Source of the DNA: Camelus ferus
Lineage: Eukaryota
Reading direction: 5' to 3'
DNA: 64,000 bases
Assembly (NCBI RefSeq): GCF_009834535.1
Contig: NC_045697.1
Location: 75,518,001 to 75,582,000 of the forward strand
Shown here: positions 26,366 through 40,794 of the stretch, piece by piece
How the letters are laid out: every line of letters starts with the position of its first letter
Position numbering within the stretch: position 1 is the first letter of the stretch
Notes under the pieces: generated by a model
Seen by the model: the letters and a program-made list of their open reading frames with translations, nothing else
The model's database searches: none
Told to the model about the DNA's origin: nothing
Position numbers and translations under genes: made by a program

Positions 26366-26701
26366 CTACAAAAATGAAAATCACTCTTTTACACAGCTGT
26401 CTCCCAGACACTTCAAAGGAATGTATTATGATTTGCACTGATCTGATTAGTGTATTTACATATTGCATCTTCCCTTCTGCACAACTCCTGGTAAGCAGGG
26501 CCTCCAGTACATTAACAGGAATACAGTATGGAGTTAGAATAAAACACTGCCAAAAGTCTTTTGTCTTCTCCTATGCAATTAAAACAACTTGCGAAATATA
26601 GTACAGCACCAAAATGAGTTGGTCTTGTTTACAAAATTATAGATTTTGGGTTTTGCCCCCCCAAATTTTGACAGTTTGTATAATAGATTAGTCCTTAAGT
26701 A

Positions 26702-26742
26702 AACACATACATATACACACCATACACACACACATACACACA
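26702..26742 (+). repeat. Imperfect (CA/TA)n microsatellite
   Basis: Read directly from the sequence. Confidence 0.8.
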
Positions 26743-27234
26743 TGTCTTTAGTAGAAAAGAGGGGAAATTGTAAAGCAATTAGCACACTGTTTAGAATCAG
26801 TGCAAAATTACAGGGCATAATTGCCTCACAACTATCAATTAAAGCTGTTCACTAGAGTTCAAAGGATGTATAGTAGAAAGAATGAGAAATAGTAGGGCAG
26901 ACACGTAAATTAGAACATGCTCATGCACACAAGAGCTAATGAAAATCAGCCCAAGTCCAAAGAATATCCAGTAGAAGACCTACAAGGAATCAATTAAGTG
27001 TGGCCTTTCAACTATCTTTTTGGTAGACTATCAAGTAGATTGTTTTTCTTAGGAAACCCTAAGTGTCTAGACATGGCTGGCTTGGGTGTGAGGTGAGCTG
27101 GAACCTACAATGTGTGCTGGCAGGAAGAAGGAAGAAGTCTTTCACAACCAGGATGGAAGGAGAACTAACAGAGCTGCAGAAGCAGTATTAAATGGTAGAA
27201 ATTAAGCACAGCTACAATTTATTTAGTACCTATT

Positions 27235-27375
27235 CCACAAATTAGAAAAAATGAATCTTAAAGAGATCAAGAAATTTGCCCAAAAAATTACAAGCTAATA
27301 ATAAATGACAGTCTGGAATACAAGCCAGGTCTGTATGACTCTAACATCCATGTTCTTTCCACTCTACAATACTGT
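27235..27375 (-). mobile_element. MIR fragment
   Basis: 'agagatcaagaaatttgcccaaaaaattacaagctaataataaatgacagtctggaatacaagccaggtctgtatgactctaa'. Confidence 0.65.
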
Positions 27376-27892
27376 TACTCATCCCAAAGAGTTTGTTCAC
27401 ATATTTTACAAATTCTTCTGTTCCCCCGTTAACTGTTGGGGGCTGGCAATAGGATCCATCCTTAAAGACAAAGAATCATTAGGAGCTGGGTAAGAACTGG
27501 TACTCCAATCATCAGCTAGGGTTTAGTGGGAGTACTGTCCAGTCCAAGAGAGTGAAAGGGGACAGACCAGAGAGTGTGAGACCAAGGTGGAAGCCGGGTT
27601 CTATGGGACAGCTGCAACCTGAGATTGACACAGCCACCTGGGACCTAATTGAAGTGCCTAGGTTCCAGCCTGATTGTCTGCAGGCACTTGGCAGTGATGA
27701 GAAAAGAGGAGAGGCATGTAGTGGCTTAGCATTTACAACTAAGAATTGTAGTCACGTGAGGAATTCTTATGTACCTTTACCTTAGTGCAGGAACTGTGAG
27801 AAAAAATGGGTCAATCTATGCACTAAACTAAAGATGTTCCAAGCAGGGAAGGGTAAATATATGTGTCTAACAAACAATTTTTGTAAACTAAG

Positions 27893-28140
27893 TGCTTCAG
27901 TTATTGTTTGCTGTATAACATATCATCTCAAAACTTGGTGCCTTAAAAGAACAATAATGTATTATTTCCCATGGCTCCATGAGTTGCCTGGGTTCACAGA
28001 ATAATGGAGCAGTTATTCTACACAACACGATATAGCTGACTTACTTGACTGATTTCAGTATGGAGCTCAGTTGAGGCTGGGGCAGCCAAGACAGCATCTC
28101 ACCCTCCAAGGTCTCTCTCATCACTCAGTAGTGAAGCCCA
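27893..28140 (-). mobile_element. Old MLT1-type LTR fragment
   Basis: 'cagttattgtttgctgtataacatatcatctcaaaacttggtgccttaaaagaacaa' is an antisense MLT1 3' end. Confidence 0.65.
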
Positions 28141-28665
28141 GTCTTAAGACTATATGGGTTTAATGGAGCTATATAATTGGCTGCACTTCCTGTCAGTCAA
28201 GCTAACTTCTCCAGTTTCCCCTCTTATCTAGTAATCTCACCAACACATCTGCCCACAGGACATACCTGTCTTCACACCTGCCTTTACAATGATTAAGGGG
28301 AGGCATTTTGAGAAGGAATGGAGGAAATGTCCAGTCTTGTCACAGCTCCTGGTTAATGCCTCCCAAACAGACTTTGTCTTCTACAACCCTAACAGCAGGA
28401 ATCAGGATGACTTCCAGGAGCAGTTTTGCAACCTGTGCTTCTCCATCTAAGCAAAAGATTAGAACACTGACTTTCACATTCTTTCAGCAGGGGATTGGAG
28501 AAATATTAGATATTCATTGACTTAGCATGTTCTCATTGTAAGTTTAAACAGGGAAATCCATAGTTTAATAAAACACTCAAAAGATATGACTTCTGGGTCT
28601 ACTTAGGCATTAATTTGCTGTGTGACTTAAACACATCATTTGACCTCTCTGATCCTCAGGATCCT

Positions 28666-29041
28666 TGCTATGGACTGAATGTGTCCCCCATCCCCAAATT
28701 CATATGTTGAAGCCCTAACCCTCATTGTGATGGCATTTGAAGAGTAGTCCCTTGGGAGGTAATTAGGCTTAGATGATGTCATGAGGGTGAGGCTCTTATG
28801 ATGGTATCAGTGTCTTTATAAGAAGAGGCAGAGAGAGAGGGATCTTGCTGTCTCCACTGTCGGAGGACACAGCAAGAAGGCAGCACTCTGCAAACCAAGA
28901 AGAGAGTTCTCACCAGGAATTATTTGGCTGGTAACTTCAACTTAGACTTCTCAGCCTCCAGCACTGTGATAAATAAATGTGTGTTGTTTAAGCTACCCAC
29001 TCTATGGCATTTTGTTATAGAAGCTCAAGCAGACTAAGACA
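28666..29041 (+). mobile_element. MaLR solo LTR, MLT1A0-like, with perfect 5-bp TSD, inserted in a MIR
   Basis: TG...CA termini ('tgctatggactgaat' to 'agactaagaca'). ATCCT at 28661-28665 and 29042-29046. The flanks 'tttgctgtgtgacttaaacacatcatttgacctctctgatcctcag' and 'ccataaaatgag' form a split MIR core. Confidence 0.92.
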
Positions 29042-31139
29042 ATCCTCTTCCATAAAATGAGCCATTGGAATAGAAGATCTCTAACTTCATTTATAGCAAA
29101 ATTATAGTCTACTGTGTTATTTCCTCTATAAAGTTATATTGTCAAGTAAACATTGCCTGACCACTGTTATAGGGGACATGCAAAAAAAAAATTAATGTAA
29201 GTCATCTAAAGGGTAAATACAAGTTCCATTCCAAACGAAGAACCTGGAAGTCATTTCAAAACGCACAAATATATTTATGCTTATTAAAACTTCATAGCAT
29301 ATCTGGGTCCATCACTAGCCCAGTGTGTGACTTGCAATATCTCTCTCTTCCCTCTTTCTCTTACACACACACACACACAAACACCTCCAAAAGAATTTCC
29401 TGGCAAAATGTTGGCAAGTCTGAGAGTAAAATACATCTTTTTTCATGGTTTCACTACGAAAATGAAGTTCTGGTTTTTGGCTCCAGAAACTAGAAAGATG
29501 GCAGTAGTTTTAAACCATTTTTTATTATCCAGTTTCCTCTTCAGACAATATTAACCCCATAAGAATACATTAAGAATCAAAATGCATGCTTAAGTCCAAG
29601 TTGGTGACTTAAGAGTTAATTCAGAAGTACTTTTGATTTTGAAGCCCTCTATGACTTCCAAACTGACAGATTGAAATAAGAAAGAAAGGAGCTGGTGATG
29701 ATTGAACTTTTTCTGTTTTTGCTATTTCAATGTAAAGACAATGTTTCTGGTGCAAAAAAAAAAAATCAGTTTTCCAAATTACCACATCAGCAGCAAATCC
29801 CACTGAGATCATTAAAAAACAGACTCTTCTAAGTCTGTCCAAATTTATCCCCATGGTGTCAATATAGTATGGTGTCCTATGGGGATATTACACCATAAAG
29901 TACACAAATAAAATTAACTTGATTTATCAACATAGAAGGACCATGTGTTTACATATGGAGGGATATTGGCAGCTGAAGACTCATAAATCATAAGACAAAG
30001 AGTCACCCTGAAAGTCAGCTTTTCAACCCCCTTCCCCTAGCTTTGCAGAGGCATGCCCTTTAATGATTTTCCACATGGGTATAAATTAGCAAGCCTAGCC
30101 TGCCCAAAATAGAAAGATCGTAGAAACATAGTATTGGGATAATTGGGACAATTATCACCCTCCTCATCTTTGATTTGAGCATACACAGTACATGACACAG
30201 TGGTTTACCTAAACCACCCCAGACTGATTTATGTGGGGGGTTTCATACAGACAATGAACAAAGAAAACAATTCAGATGAGCCCCCTATTTATTCACTAAA
30301 TACTTGTGCCAGACATTTAGCAAGATCTAGAAGCATGGAAATGAACAAATAAAACACAGTCTCTATCCTACACGGAGCTTTGAGAGAGAAAGAAAATTAA
30401 ACATAATTTTAATATTAAAGAGGATATGTGAAAATGTATTACAATTTACTGGTCTGCCCTATATTGTGAGCTCCTCAAAGACATGAATGAAAGTTTCTTT
30501 CATCTTTTTCATGAACTATGGAAAAACTGAGTAGATGCTCAATATATCTTTATATATATATCTTAAGATACCTTTTTGTAAAAAAATTTCTGGAAATAGA
30601 TATAAACTTGAAACAAGAAACAAACAGGTCAAAGTTTAAAAGGACATTCTCCTTTGCATTTTTTTATTTCTAATATCATACACAATTTTCATCATAAAGG
30701 AGGTAAAAAGACTTACATATTTTTTGTAGTCTGCCTTCAAATATATCCAAATACAGCTAGATTGCCATGGATAGTGCACACAGGAACACCCAGTGCAGTG
30801 GTATGAACTCACCAACACTCAAAAGTTACTTGAATAAACTAAAGTATGAATCAATAAAGCAATAAGTAAACATGGGCATGGAATTCCAAAGCATCTATTT
30901 CACAACTTTGGTAGCATTAAGAAGAACTCCAGAAAACATAAATCATCAGACTTCTGGCTTCCTCTGGTCATTAGTGTATTGGCAGGCTCACTCTCTTTAT
31001 AGTATGTATGTGTAAGATAGAGGTATTTGTATGCTATGTTGCATAAATGGTATATATTGTCTTGTGAAATTCCTGATTCACAATCCTTCTTTGTGCTCCA
31101 CTTGTGATAACTGTTTCCTCACATCATGACTTAAAAGAC

Positions 31140-31460
31140 TGCTATGATCTTCTCAACCAGCCTGTTAAACCACAACTGACCTCCTTAAGGTCTTTGCTTC
31201 TTAACAAGGCTTACCCTAATGACTTTGTTCAAAATTATACTTTCCTCACCACATCATTCTCTCTCTCCTCACTCCTTTACTTTGCTTTATTTTTCTTCAA
31301 AGCTCTTATTATCTTCTCTTGATTTGTACTTTCTCATTGATTATGTAAGTTCCATGTAAGACAGAGATTTCATATTTGTTACTCATTGTTGTATTCCCAG
31401 CACGTAGATCAGAGCTTGGTACACAACAGGTTTTCAAAAATGATTTGTTAACTGAATGAC
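31140..31460 (+). mobile_element. L2 3' end
   Basis: 'atgtaagttccatgtaagacagagatt...ttgttgtattcccagcacgtagatcagagcttggtacacaacagg...tttgttaactgaatga'. Confidence 0.65.
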
Positions 31461-32404
31461 TACCTGACAAAGAAAAGTCTCTAAGTCACTAGAAGGTAAT
31501 GATAGGGCTGGCTGTCCTATTAATTGTGATAGTACAATCATTACTCAGTGAACTTGAGTAACTAACTTTAATTTTTCTTTTGAGCCCCAGAAATATTCAA
31601 GTACTTGGTTTTCCATAGACAGCTAGCTATTTCTCTCCTTTCTATCTTTCCTCATGTTCTCTCATCCAGGAACACCCTTCTATCACCCAAAGTCTACCTA
31701 GATAATCCCTGCTAATTCTTTAAGGTATGTGCCCAGGGTCTCCTTATCCAAACATCCATGACATGGCCTTTAGGTATCACAGCCCTAAAGCCTAAAGTAT
31801 CATGATTCTTATTACATTGCATTGAAAGTATTAGTGACTTCTCCATCTTTTCAATCAAACTGCAATTTCTTATGGGACAGGGATCGTTTTATCCATTTTT
31901 GAATGAGTTCAACACAGTAGGAACTGAATGAATAATTGAAATAAACTGAGTTCAAAGCTCTGAGGAGGCAGCATCAAGTGGTTCCAGTCAAAGCAGTTGG
32001 TACAGGGGAAATGCAGAACATCCCAAGACCTGGATTCTAGTACTGACGCTAACCACTGCTTTTGAATCTGTAGGATGAGAGGATTAAACCAGTGCTAAGA
32101 CCCCTTTCAAAGCTATAAGGTAGTAAAACATGTAATCTAATAAAAGTAGTTATTAAAATGTCAGGTTTTCATGCTCCATCTGCTGGTTAAATTGTAGAAA
32201 AACCTTGAAGCCTTTTTGAAATGGAAGAGTAAAGAAATCAGAAATTTCCATTTGTGATCAATGAACAATTAAAAAAAATCTGTACTGTTTGTAAAAGATT
32301 AATGATCTAGAAAAAATAGTTGGGAAAAGAAAACAAACACTGACAACTGCATGGCTGGAGTGAAAAGCCAAAGAACACCCTGCTACTTTGGGTTCCCATA
32401 CATA

Positions 32405-32715
32405 CTGTGGAACCCAGCCCCCACCGAGTCCCACCTGTGGATGTCCACACCCTTGTGAATTCCCTCTTACTTTGTACCAAGGTTGGTCTGTATAAGCAAT
32501 AGTTTCCAGCAAAAGTGATGGCATGTCACTTCACAAATAAGGGTATGAAAAACCGAGGCCTTCATCTTAGGCTGCTCTGCCTCCCCTACCTCTCTCTCTC
32601 CCCTTCACTCCCCTCACCTTTCCTTTCTCTTTCTCCCTTTCAGATCACTTCCCCGAGGGGAGCCAGCAGCTGTGCCATGAGGATACTTGGGCAGCCCATG
32701 GATAGGCCAACAGAA
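32405..32715 (+). mobile_element. MLT1E/F-like LTR, 5' part
   Basis: 'cacacccttgtgaattccctc', 'gcaaaagtgatggcatgtcacttc', 'cagatcacttccccgaggggagccagcagctgtgccatgagg'. Confidence 0.7.
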
Positions 32716-34025
32716 TAAAGCATCCAAATCAGAAAGGAAGAAGTCTTTGCAAATAATATGAACTTATATATAGAAAGTCCTACAAAAATTTGCTAGAATT
32801 AATCAATGAATTCAGTAAAGTTGCAGAATACAAAATCAACACACAGAAATCAGATGCATTTCTATACTCTAATAATAAAATATCTGAAAAAGAAAGAAAA
32901 TAATCACATCCAGGATAGCATCAAAAAATAATAAAATACTTATGGAATAAATTTAACCAAGGAAGTATACATGTTCATGGATCAGAATAATTAATATAGA
33001 TCTATACAAGGAAAACTGTAAGACATGGATGAAAAAAATTGAAGACACAAATAAATGGAAAAATAGCTCATGTTCATGGATCAGAATAATTAATAGTTAA
33101 AATGTCCATACTACCCAAAGCTACCTATAGATTCAATGCAATCCCTATCAAAATTTCAATGGCATTTTTTCACAAAAATAAAAAAAACAATGCTAACATT
33201 CACATGTAACCACAAAAGACCCTGAATAGACAAAGCAATCCTGAGGAAGAAAGAAAAAACAAACAAAAAAACAAAGCTGGAAGCATCACACCTCCTGGTT
33301 TCAAACTATACTACAAAACTACAGTAACTGAAACAGTACTGTACTGGGAAAAAATAGACACATAGACTAATGGAACAGAATCTAGAGCCCAAAAATAAAC
33401 CTCAGCGTATCTGATCAGTTAATCTATGACAAATTAGTCAAGAATATACAACGGGGAAAGGATAGACTCTTCAAAAAATGGAGCTGGGAAAACTGGGTAA
33501 TCACATGCAGAAGAATGAAACTGGACCCCTATCTTATACCACTCATAAAAATTAACTTAAAAAAGATTAAAGACCTGAAACTATAAAACTCCCAGAAGAA
33601 ACATAAGGAAAAGCTCCTTGACATCGGTCTTGGCAACTGTTATTTTGGATATGATACCAAAAGCACAAGTAACAAAAGCAAAAATAAACAAGTGGGACTG
33701 TATCAACCAAAAAGAGAGCTTCTGCACAGTAAAAGAAACAATCAGCAAAAGGAAAAAGCACCTACAGAATGGGAGAAAATATCTGTAAGTCATAACATCT
33801 GATAAGGGGTCAATATCCAAAATATTAAAAAACTCATACAACTCAATAGCAAAAAAACAATTAAATCAAAAGTTGGGCAGAGGATCTAAGTAGACATTTT
33901 TCTAAAGAAGACACCCATATGGCCAACTGATAAACGAAAAGATGCTTAACATCACTATCATCAGGGAAATACAAATCAAAACCACTTTGAGATATCAATT
34001 CACACCTTTAAAATGACTATTACCA
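32716..34025 (+). mobile_element. L1 ORF2 internal fragment (RT to near C-terminus), no tail
   Basis: Decayed RT motif 'tttgcaaataatatg' at ~32746, plus 'aaaatgtccatactacccaaagc', 'gaatgaaactggacccctatct' and 'aaatcaaaaccac'. Confidence 0.9.
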
Positions 34026-37000
34026 ATTCAAATCTTTATTGAATACCTACATATTCAATGAATCTGGCTTGAGTTTTTAACATGAAATTGCACACATCCA
34101 ACTTCCTCAGGAATGTTAATTGTTTATCACATATATTTGGTGTTTCACATACATTGTATCTTTTCTAACACACACATTTCACTAGAATAAGAACTCAGAT
34201 TTAAAGACCGTGTAATACATATATTCCAGAGACTTTTCACTAACATAAATATCTGAGAGAAAATTATAGGCCACAAAGAAATAAAGTTTGTCACCATTTA
34301 ATAGTGTGTAAGTGATGGATGTAAGACCTCAGTGGAGATCACAATGGACACTGTGTTTTTTTTTAACTCTAATTTAGCAACTGAAAAAATTCATCAATTC
34401 TATGGTCATTTTTTAAAGTCTACTATTTTGCCAAAGAATAGATAAGTATTTGTAAGATCTTATTTTCCTCTTCTTTTTTTGCCATAAAGGGATTTAGCTA
34501 CTAAAGCTATGCCAATGCTATGCAGATAAATGATATAAAAGTGAAGAGAGAGGTATACAGGTGATTATTATATGAGATATTACCAAGGTGACGGTTGCTA
34601 TGTTATCTATAAACTTTTGATAAAATTTTCTAGTGACATTTGGATTTAATCTTTAAAACCTTAAAATAGAGATAAAAATCAACTCATCCTGGCTTAACTG
34701 TAAGTTTGAGAAGCATGTAATAAATACAGATTTCAAATCTAGTTGGTGACTTACAATGAATTAAAACAGAGGGAGGCCATAAAAGCAAACAAAATATTTT
34801 AACCATGCTCAGAAGTCTTAGAGAGTCAAGGAAACAAAGTTCTTCTGAGACAGAGGAAGGGGAAGCAAGTGATACTTCAAGTGTCTAACTCTCCATTAAA
34901 TTGATTGGCAGCACCTTTCACGTATTGCAAAATTTGATAAAAACCATTAAGCAAAGGAATATTTGTTCAATGGCAACCATCTGTTTGAAAGAGCAAAGAC
35001 TGAGACAGAGGTATAGGTGGCAGGACTGCCGGTCCTTTGAGAAGCTCCCTTTGACATTCTCACAAGGTCTTAATATCCTCTTGTTCTGAAAGTCTCAACC
35101 GCAGGCCTGCTCACCCACCAGGTACAAGCAGCCCATCCTAGTGTGCTGACTATAAGACTAAGTAGATCAAAGGCAAGTGCTCAGGCTCTCAGAGCCCAGT
35201 GGGCTCAGGCTTTAAACCTGACTGAACTGTATTTCTACAGGTCTAATAAACTTGGAGAGTGATAAGATCCCTTCTCCACAACCTCAAAGAATGAACCTTT
35301 CCACTTCTAGTTTGGGCCTTTGTTTCTAGATTTCATATATACAACAGTCAGGGGCAGAAAAGCACACTTATGTAATGATAAATCTCCTTTATCTTAATAT
35401 GGGAAAGTAGACTGCCTATAAATATCTTGCCTATTATAAGCTATATATAGTCTATTATTTCTTTAACTTGCTATTGCTCATCACTTTTTTAAAGACGTAA
35501 TTCCTATGAACCTTGGTAACAAGGAATGGGGTTGCGGGTGGATTACTATAAATAGTATAAAAAGCTCAGCTCCAATGAGGTGTTAGGGCAAGGCCATATC
35601 TTGTCCATTGTGATATCACCCTGAGATGGCTTCCTGTCTCAGAACCACATTTAGAGCACCATTCAAGCATGTAGAATCGGACCAACAACTTATGAATGAA
35701 TTATATTTGTTTCTTCTACTATAGAACCAGTATCAAAGAGGCATATCTGCAGATTTGATGAATAGCAAGAGAACAAATAATGGGTTATTCATAATCATCT
35801 ACATATGCCTAAAAAAAAATGAAATTTTAAAACATTCAACCTAGCACTCATCTACCACATGTTTATACTAAGGTTGTCACCACCCAGAAATACCTAAAAG
35901 ATCAAATCTTCAGCTCCTTACCTTATATGTAACAGTGCTCAATAAATATCTGGGGAAGAGGGAAGGAGGAAGGAAGGAGTGAGTTTGCAGCAAGGCACGA
36001 TCCAGCTAACAACTGCACAATAAATGACAAGGCAGATGATTCTTTTAAGCTATTTAGTCAATTTGATTCAGTAAGGATTTATTAATCCCCTTTCTCTGGG
36101 CTCCACAGAGTTTAATACTATGTGAATTCACTCAGCTCTTTCCAAAACTTTATCACTCTTCAAAGGAACTATTCATCCTCCTATGTGGTGGGAGATAATG
36201 GTAAAGATGATGGAGGAATAGAGAGATAAGGCAAGGTTAATCTCCTGACAAAGAAATACAAAACCCACATTCTTTAACCTCGAAAGCCCTCTGACTTTTA
36301 GGCTGATGCTAGAGGCAAAGAAGAGGGAAAGCAGATGAGTGAGCTTGGTCATTTTTTGGCACTTGTCAAAAAAGCTAAATATTTCCTCCAAATGTTTTAC
36401 GTTCAATAATACCCAACCCACACTGTGCCAAGCCTGTTTTCCCTTAATCTTTCAAACCCATGTGTATTCCAAGGGAAATGTAATCCATGTGTCTCTGATT
36501 TGCTTACACTTAAATCATTATAAAATGTTAACTTTTTAAAAGGATGTCCAAGATATCTTTTGTTTCTTCTTCATGGTTCTTCTTCAGGATTCTCTTTAAG
36601 AATGTGGCATTCTGAAGAGCTAATGGAGACAAAGCTGTGGATAGATTAATCAGACCTCAGGACTCACAATCTCTATATGGATTTTGTCTCTGTATGCAGA
36701 AAAGTGTGAATTTGTCCAATCATTAAAAACGAAAGAATCATATGAATTCTTATAGTGAATTTGTTAAACTGACTTATTTCTTTAGAATTCCCTTTAGGTC
36801 TTTACAACTAGATCTGGCTCCCTTGGACTCTTCTTCAGGTACCTTCACACTGCTCAAATAAGATACCTAAAATCGTGGATGTAAGATCAAACTTTCTTGA
36901 AGATATGGAGGAGAATATAAAAGATGGGTAAGCAACATAGGCACCAGAAGAATTATGTTCCTTACTTCCTCAGATAATGTCCTCTAAGATGGTAAAAGTT

Positions 37001-37182
37001 AAGCATTTATGTGACAGTTTACCCATCATAACAATTTGGTGAACTAAAGGTTGCAGAGCACAGAGAATTAGGGAAGCAGACTGTGGAAGCTAAATCCATG
37101 AGTTTTCAGGGGGTGAACGTGGTGCCTCTAAGCCAGGACAGTCCTAAGTTAATGAAAAATCGCTGTAACCCACTTTCTGTCC

Positions 37183-37213
<31 letters not shown>

Positions 37214-39549
37214 TTTTAATGCAGGCTTTCTCTCAATGGTGGGGTTGTAGTAAAGAAAAACATAGGTTCACAATGAGTCTGCAGCTTTAAAATAAATACT
37301 AATAAAGGACTTAAAAGAAAAATTTTGCATTTCTTATTCCAAATGGAGAATAACAAAGCAATAAAGCAAAACCTTATCAAATACATCTGTAATTTAAGAA
37401 ACAAAAGTAAAGAGCATAAAAGCTATTACCTTAAAGGCACCCAAAAAGGAGGCTAGCTCCTTCAAATTTAGAGTAGACAAAGTGCATCTGATGTTTGAGG
37501 AGTAAGCACAGAGATAAAAAACAAAGTAAAAGCAATGTGCCTGATTAGTGCCTGTTTGCTCTAGTTTGTCATTTCACATTCCCAACAAACCATACATTTA
37601 TGCCATCAGTTTAATCTCAGGCTGTGGCAGTTTTGCCTTTGTAGGGCAATGCCTCCATCTTTCTTTCCTCTCCCTGGTCAATGAGGATGCAGTGTGTGGT
37701 TTGCAAACATTCTTGGAGACCTCGTAAAGCCTTGGTACAACTCAACTGATGTCTGCCCAGGAGGAGAAGCAGTGGGAGGAGCAGCTGCACAGATTGGCAA
37801 TCATCTGGACCAAGACAACTAGATTCTGGCATTTGATGCAAAGAGGAAGCTGCAGAGACATCTGGGACACCCTGTCATAAACCTAATTTCTGACCCAGCC
37901 TTGTGACACTGAATTTATTTCACTGAGAAAAAGAAGATCTTAATGTGTTCTCAATTATGTTTATCCCTATCAGGAAAAGTCCAAGATACCCTGTTGCTTC
38001 TTTGGAGTAGCCCACAATCATGAATCATAAAAGTTAGGCAAGTTATTTGTGATAAAACAAGAGAGCACCGCTTCTACTGGGATTATTTAACATACCTGGA
38101 CATGGTCCAGCTAAATTTCAGCCACACATTCAGCATAGTCTAGGTAGAACCTGAAAAAATAGGGTTATTTCATTTGAACTTGACTCTCATTTTGCATTGA
38201 AGTTAAAGAAATTCAAATTCTACAGGCAGGAAATCGATTTTTAAAAGGCAAAGTTTGTGTCCTTTAAAAAATAAAGAACTAACAAAAGGTCTATTTATGA
38301 CTATGTGAACTAGCATTCTTTTTGTTTTCTATAACACTGATGACTCTTCTCCTTGGAAGTCTTGTCTCCAGGGACACAGTGTTCTGCTTCTCTTGTTTCT
38401 CTTCTCAATCTCTTTATTCTCATGACATCCCCATTGCCTTTCCCAGTTCTATAGAGATGCATGCTGATTGACAGGAAATATTTCAACAGGCTCACACTTG
38501 AACACCTTGTATCTACTCCTTCAGAAATTCATTTGTTCTCTTAGTTTTGATAGTTTAGGGATATTAAACCAAATCTACATTTCTAGCACCATGATTTTCC
38601 AAGTTTTCTGGTTATCACTGATCCTTGAAGACTAACACTGCATTCTTATGCATGTCTAATAGTTTAATTAAATAGGCTGGACTCAACAAGGTACAGTCTC
38701 AAAGTAGTTTTATTTTTCTCCCCTACTGTCTGATTGCTCTCTGCAGAGGCAGATCCGTTGAAGGAGGCAATACTTAGCAGCAGAAAGCTCAGACCCAGGA
38801 GAACCAGACCACCAGAATTTCATTCCCAGCTCCCAGTTCCCAGAATTAACTAAAATTAATATATATGTTAATATAATATGTAAAACTAACATGTATATTT
38901 GAACTAATATAAATATTAGAACGGTATTTGGGATATATTAAAAAGTACTATACTGTATAAAGAATAATGTATAAAAAGTACCATATGTTAGCTATTATTA
39001 CTGCTATTATTTCAATTAGATCCTATAATTTTTTCAGCTACTTTAAGATAAAAAAGACCCCCATTGTCTGATTTTTAGAAGTCCAGTAAAACTCCAATTA
39101 TTATCCAAATCAGACATAATCAATGCTTTTTAATGGTTTTCTAACTTTCTCTTCAATATTTTTTTTCTACTCAATGTTTTGCTTTTAGATCTCCCAGGGT
39201 CAGGGTGGGGAGGGAGAATTAGAGATAAAAGGGGAAAGGCCATTTTTCTTAGCTGGTCCTCTCTGAAGTTTCTCCTGGTAGTGAAATGTCATCTGTCAGG
39301 GCAGACCTTCAACTGCTGCCTCTTTCACTTGTCTGGTCCATCCCCAGGATCTCTTTAGATTCTCCTAACCCACATCAGAGACACCTACACTATCTAAAAC
39401 AATCATGCATCAAATTTGCCCTAGATAGTCATTGAATATGCCTGTTGTCTCAGCACAACTACTAATAGCATGGCCTTTTACTTTTAAAACTGCCCTAGTT
39501 TGTAAAGTAAGTTATATAATCCCCTTCACATTGTATAACTACTCAGCTT

Positions 39550-40530
39550 GAGGGACATACTCTTGGCTGACCTATTCCACCATGTGGATCCACTATCCCC
39601 CAGAGTCTTCTTGGAATCCACCACTTCATCCATCCAATCAGCAACTTTATGAAACAAGATGGTGTGGCATATTGCACAACACATTTTTAAAGCCAAGCCT
39701 GGAACTGGCATTAATCATTTCCACCCACATACCATTGTCCATACCATATCTAGTCACATGACTCATGCCTCCAACTTCTAAATATAAAGGAAAATGAAAA
39801 ATCTAATTTTATTGTTCATACAAGAAGATAAAAGCAAATGGTACCTTGCCAGTCTCTGCCATAGTCCACTATTTGGTCACCAAATAGCCATTTTTATCAC
39901 ATATAGATCACATGTACCCACCCCCTAGAAGGACAACCCCAAATCCTCTCTAGTCATAGATTTCAGGTCCAAGAGTTCAGGTGATACTCAATCCACTACA
40001 TCAGGTCTGTAAAAGTTTTCCTTATTGTTTGCTGTCCAGTTGACTAAAATGATGTGTTTTCTGTTCCTCCCTTCCCCACATATATTCAATATATTCAGTG
40101 GTGGAACAGGGACAGGATAACTTAAGTAAACATCCCATCCAGAAAAAGGAAGAATGGGAGCCATATGGTTGTACTGGCTCTCTACTCTGGGGCGGGGGGG
40201 GGGGGGGAGTTTATTGATTTAATCCCAATTCTTTTCTCTGTAAGGAACTCCCTCATTCACAGTTCTCCTTGGCCCTCGGCTCTGCCCTCTGGGAGGATAC
40301 CGATCTAAAGTGGGTGTTGAGGAGCACGTCCTCTGTAAAGGCTCTTAAATAATTGAATGCACTCATGAAAATTTTGGGTCCAACATTTGCACTGTCAAGA
40401 TCAGTCAAAGGATTTCTAATCTAGTGTTGTGTTGTTAGAGGGAATTAACTACCTTAAATATTCAGTAGACTTCTAATCACTTTGCTTCCAGTCAGTTCCA
40501 TGTTCTGTATACCAATAACTGCACTCTCAA
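39550..40530 (-). mobile_element. Old MLT1 (J-like) LTR plus adjacent MLT1 internal sequence
   Basis: The LTR ends near 'gccagtctctgccata' (~39862). It is followed by internal-type 'ggacaaccccaaatcctctc' and 'agtggtggaacagggacaggataac...agaaaaaggaagaatgggag'. Confidence 0.55.
40189..40206 (+). repeat. G-tract (GGGGC + G13)
   Basis: Read directly from the sequence. Confidence 0.9.
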
Positions 40531-40794
40531 ATTATTTCCTAAACACAGTAAGATGTGGCACTTAAAAAAGACTGAAGGAAAATTACAGTAAAATTTCTTT
40601 GTCGAATGAAGTGACTCAAGGGAAATACCAAATTAAAGGTGTGGTCCTCCCATTCAAACCAGTTAACTTTTAAGGTAGCCAATACTGAATTGAGAGGAGA
40701 GGGGCATGTAGACCAGAAAGCAAATAAATAAGGCTAACATGAGACTTAATTAACTCAAGCTGCTTTAACAAATACTCTTTCACCTAGAACAGAT

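Noticed and set aside
37181..37420. Long poly-T suggesting an antisense retrocopy
   Set aside because: I found no matching target-site duplication or recognisable body.
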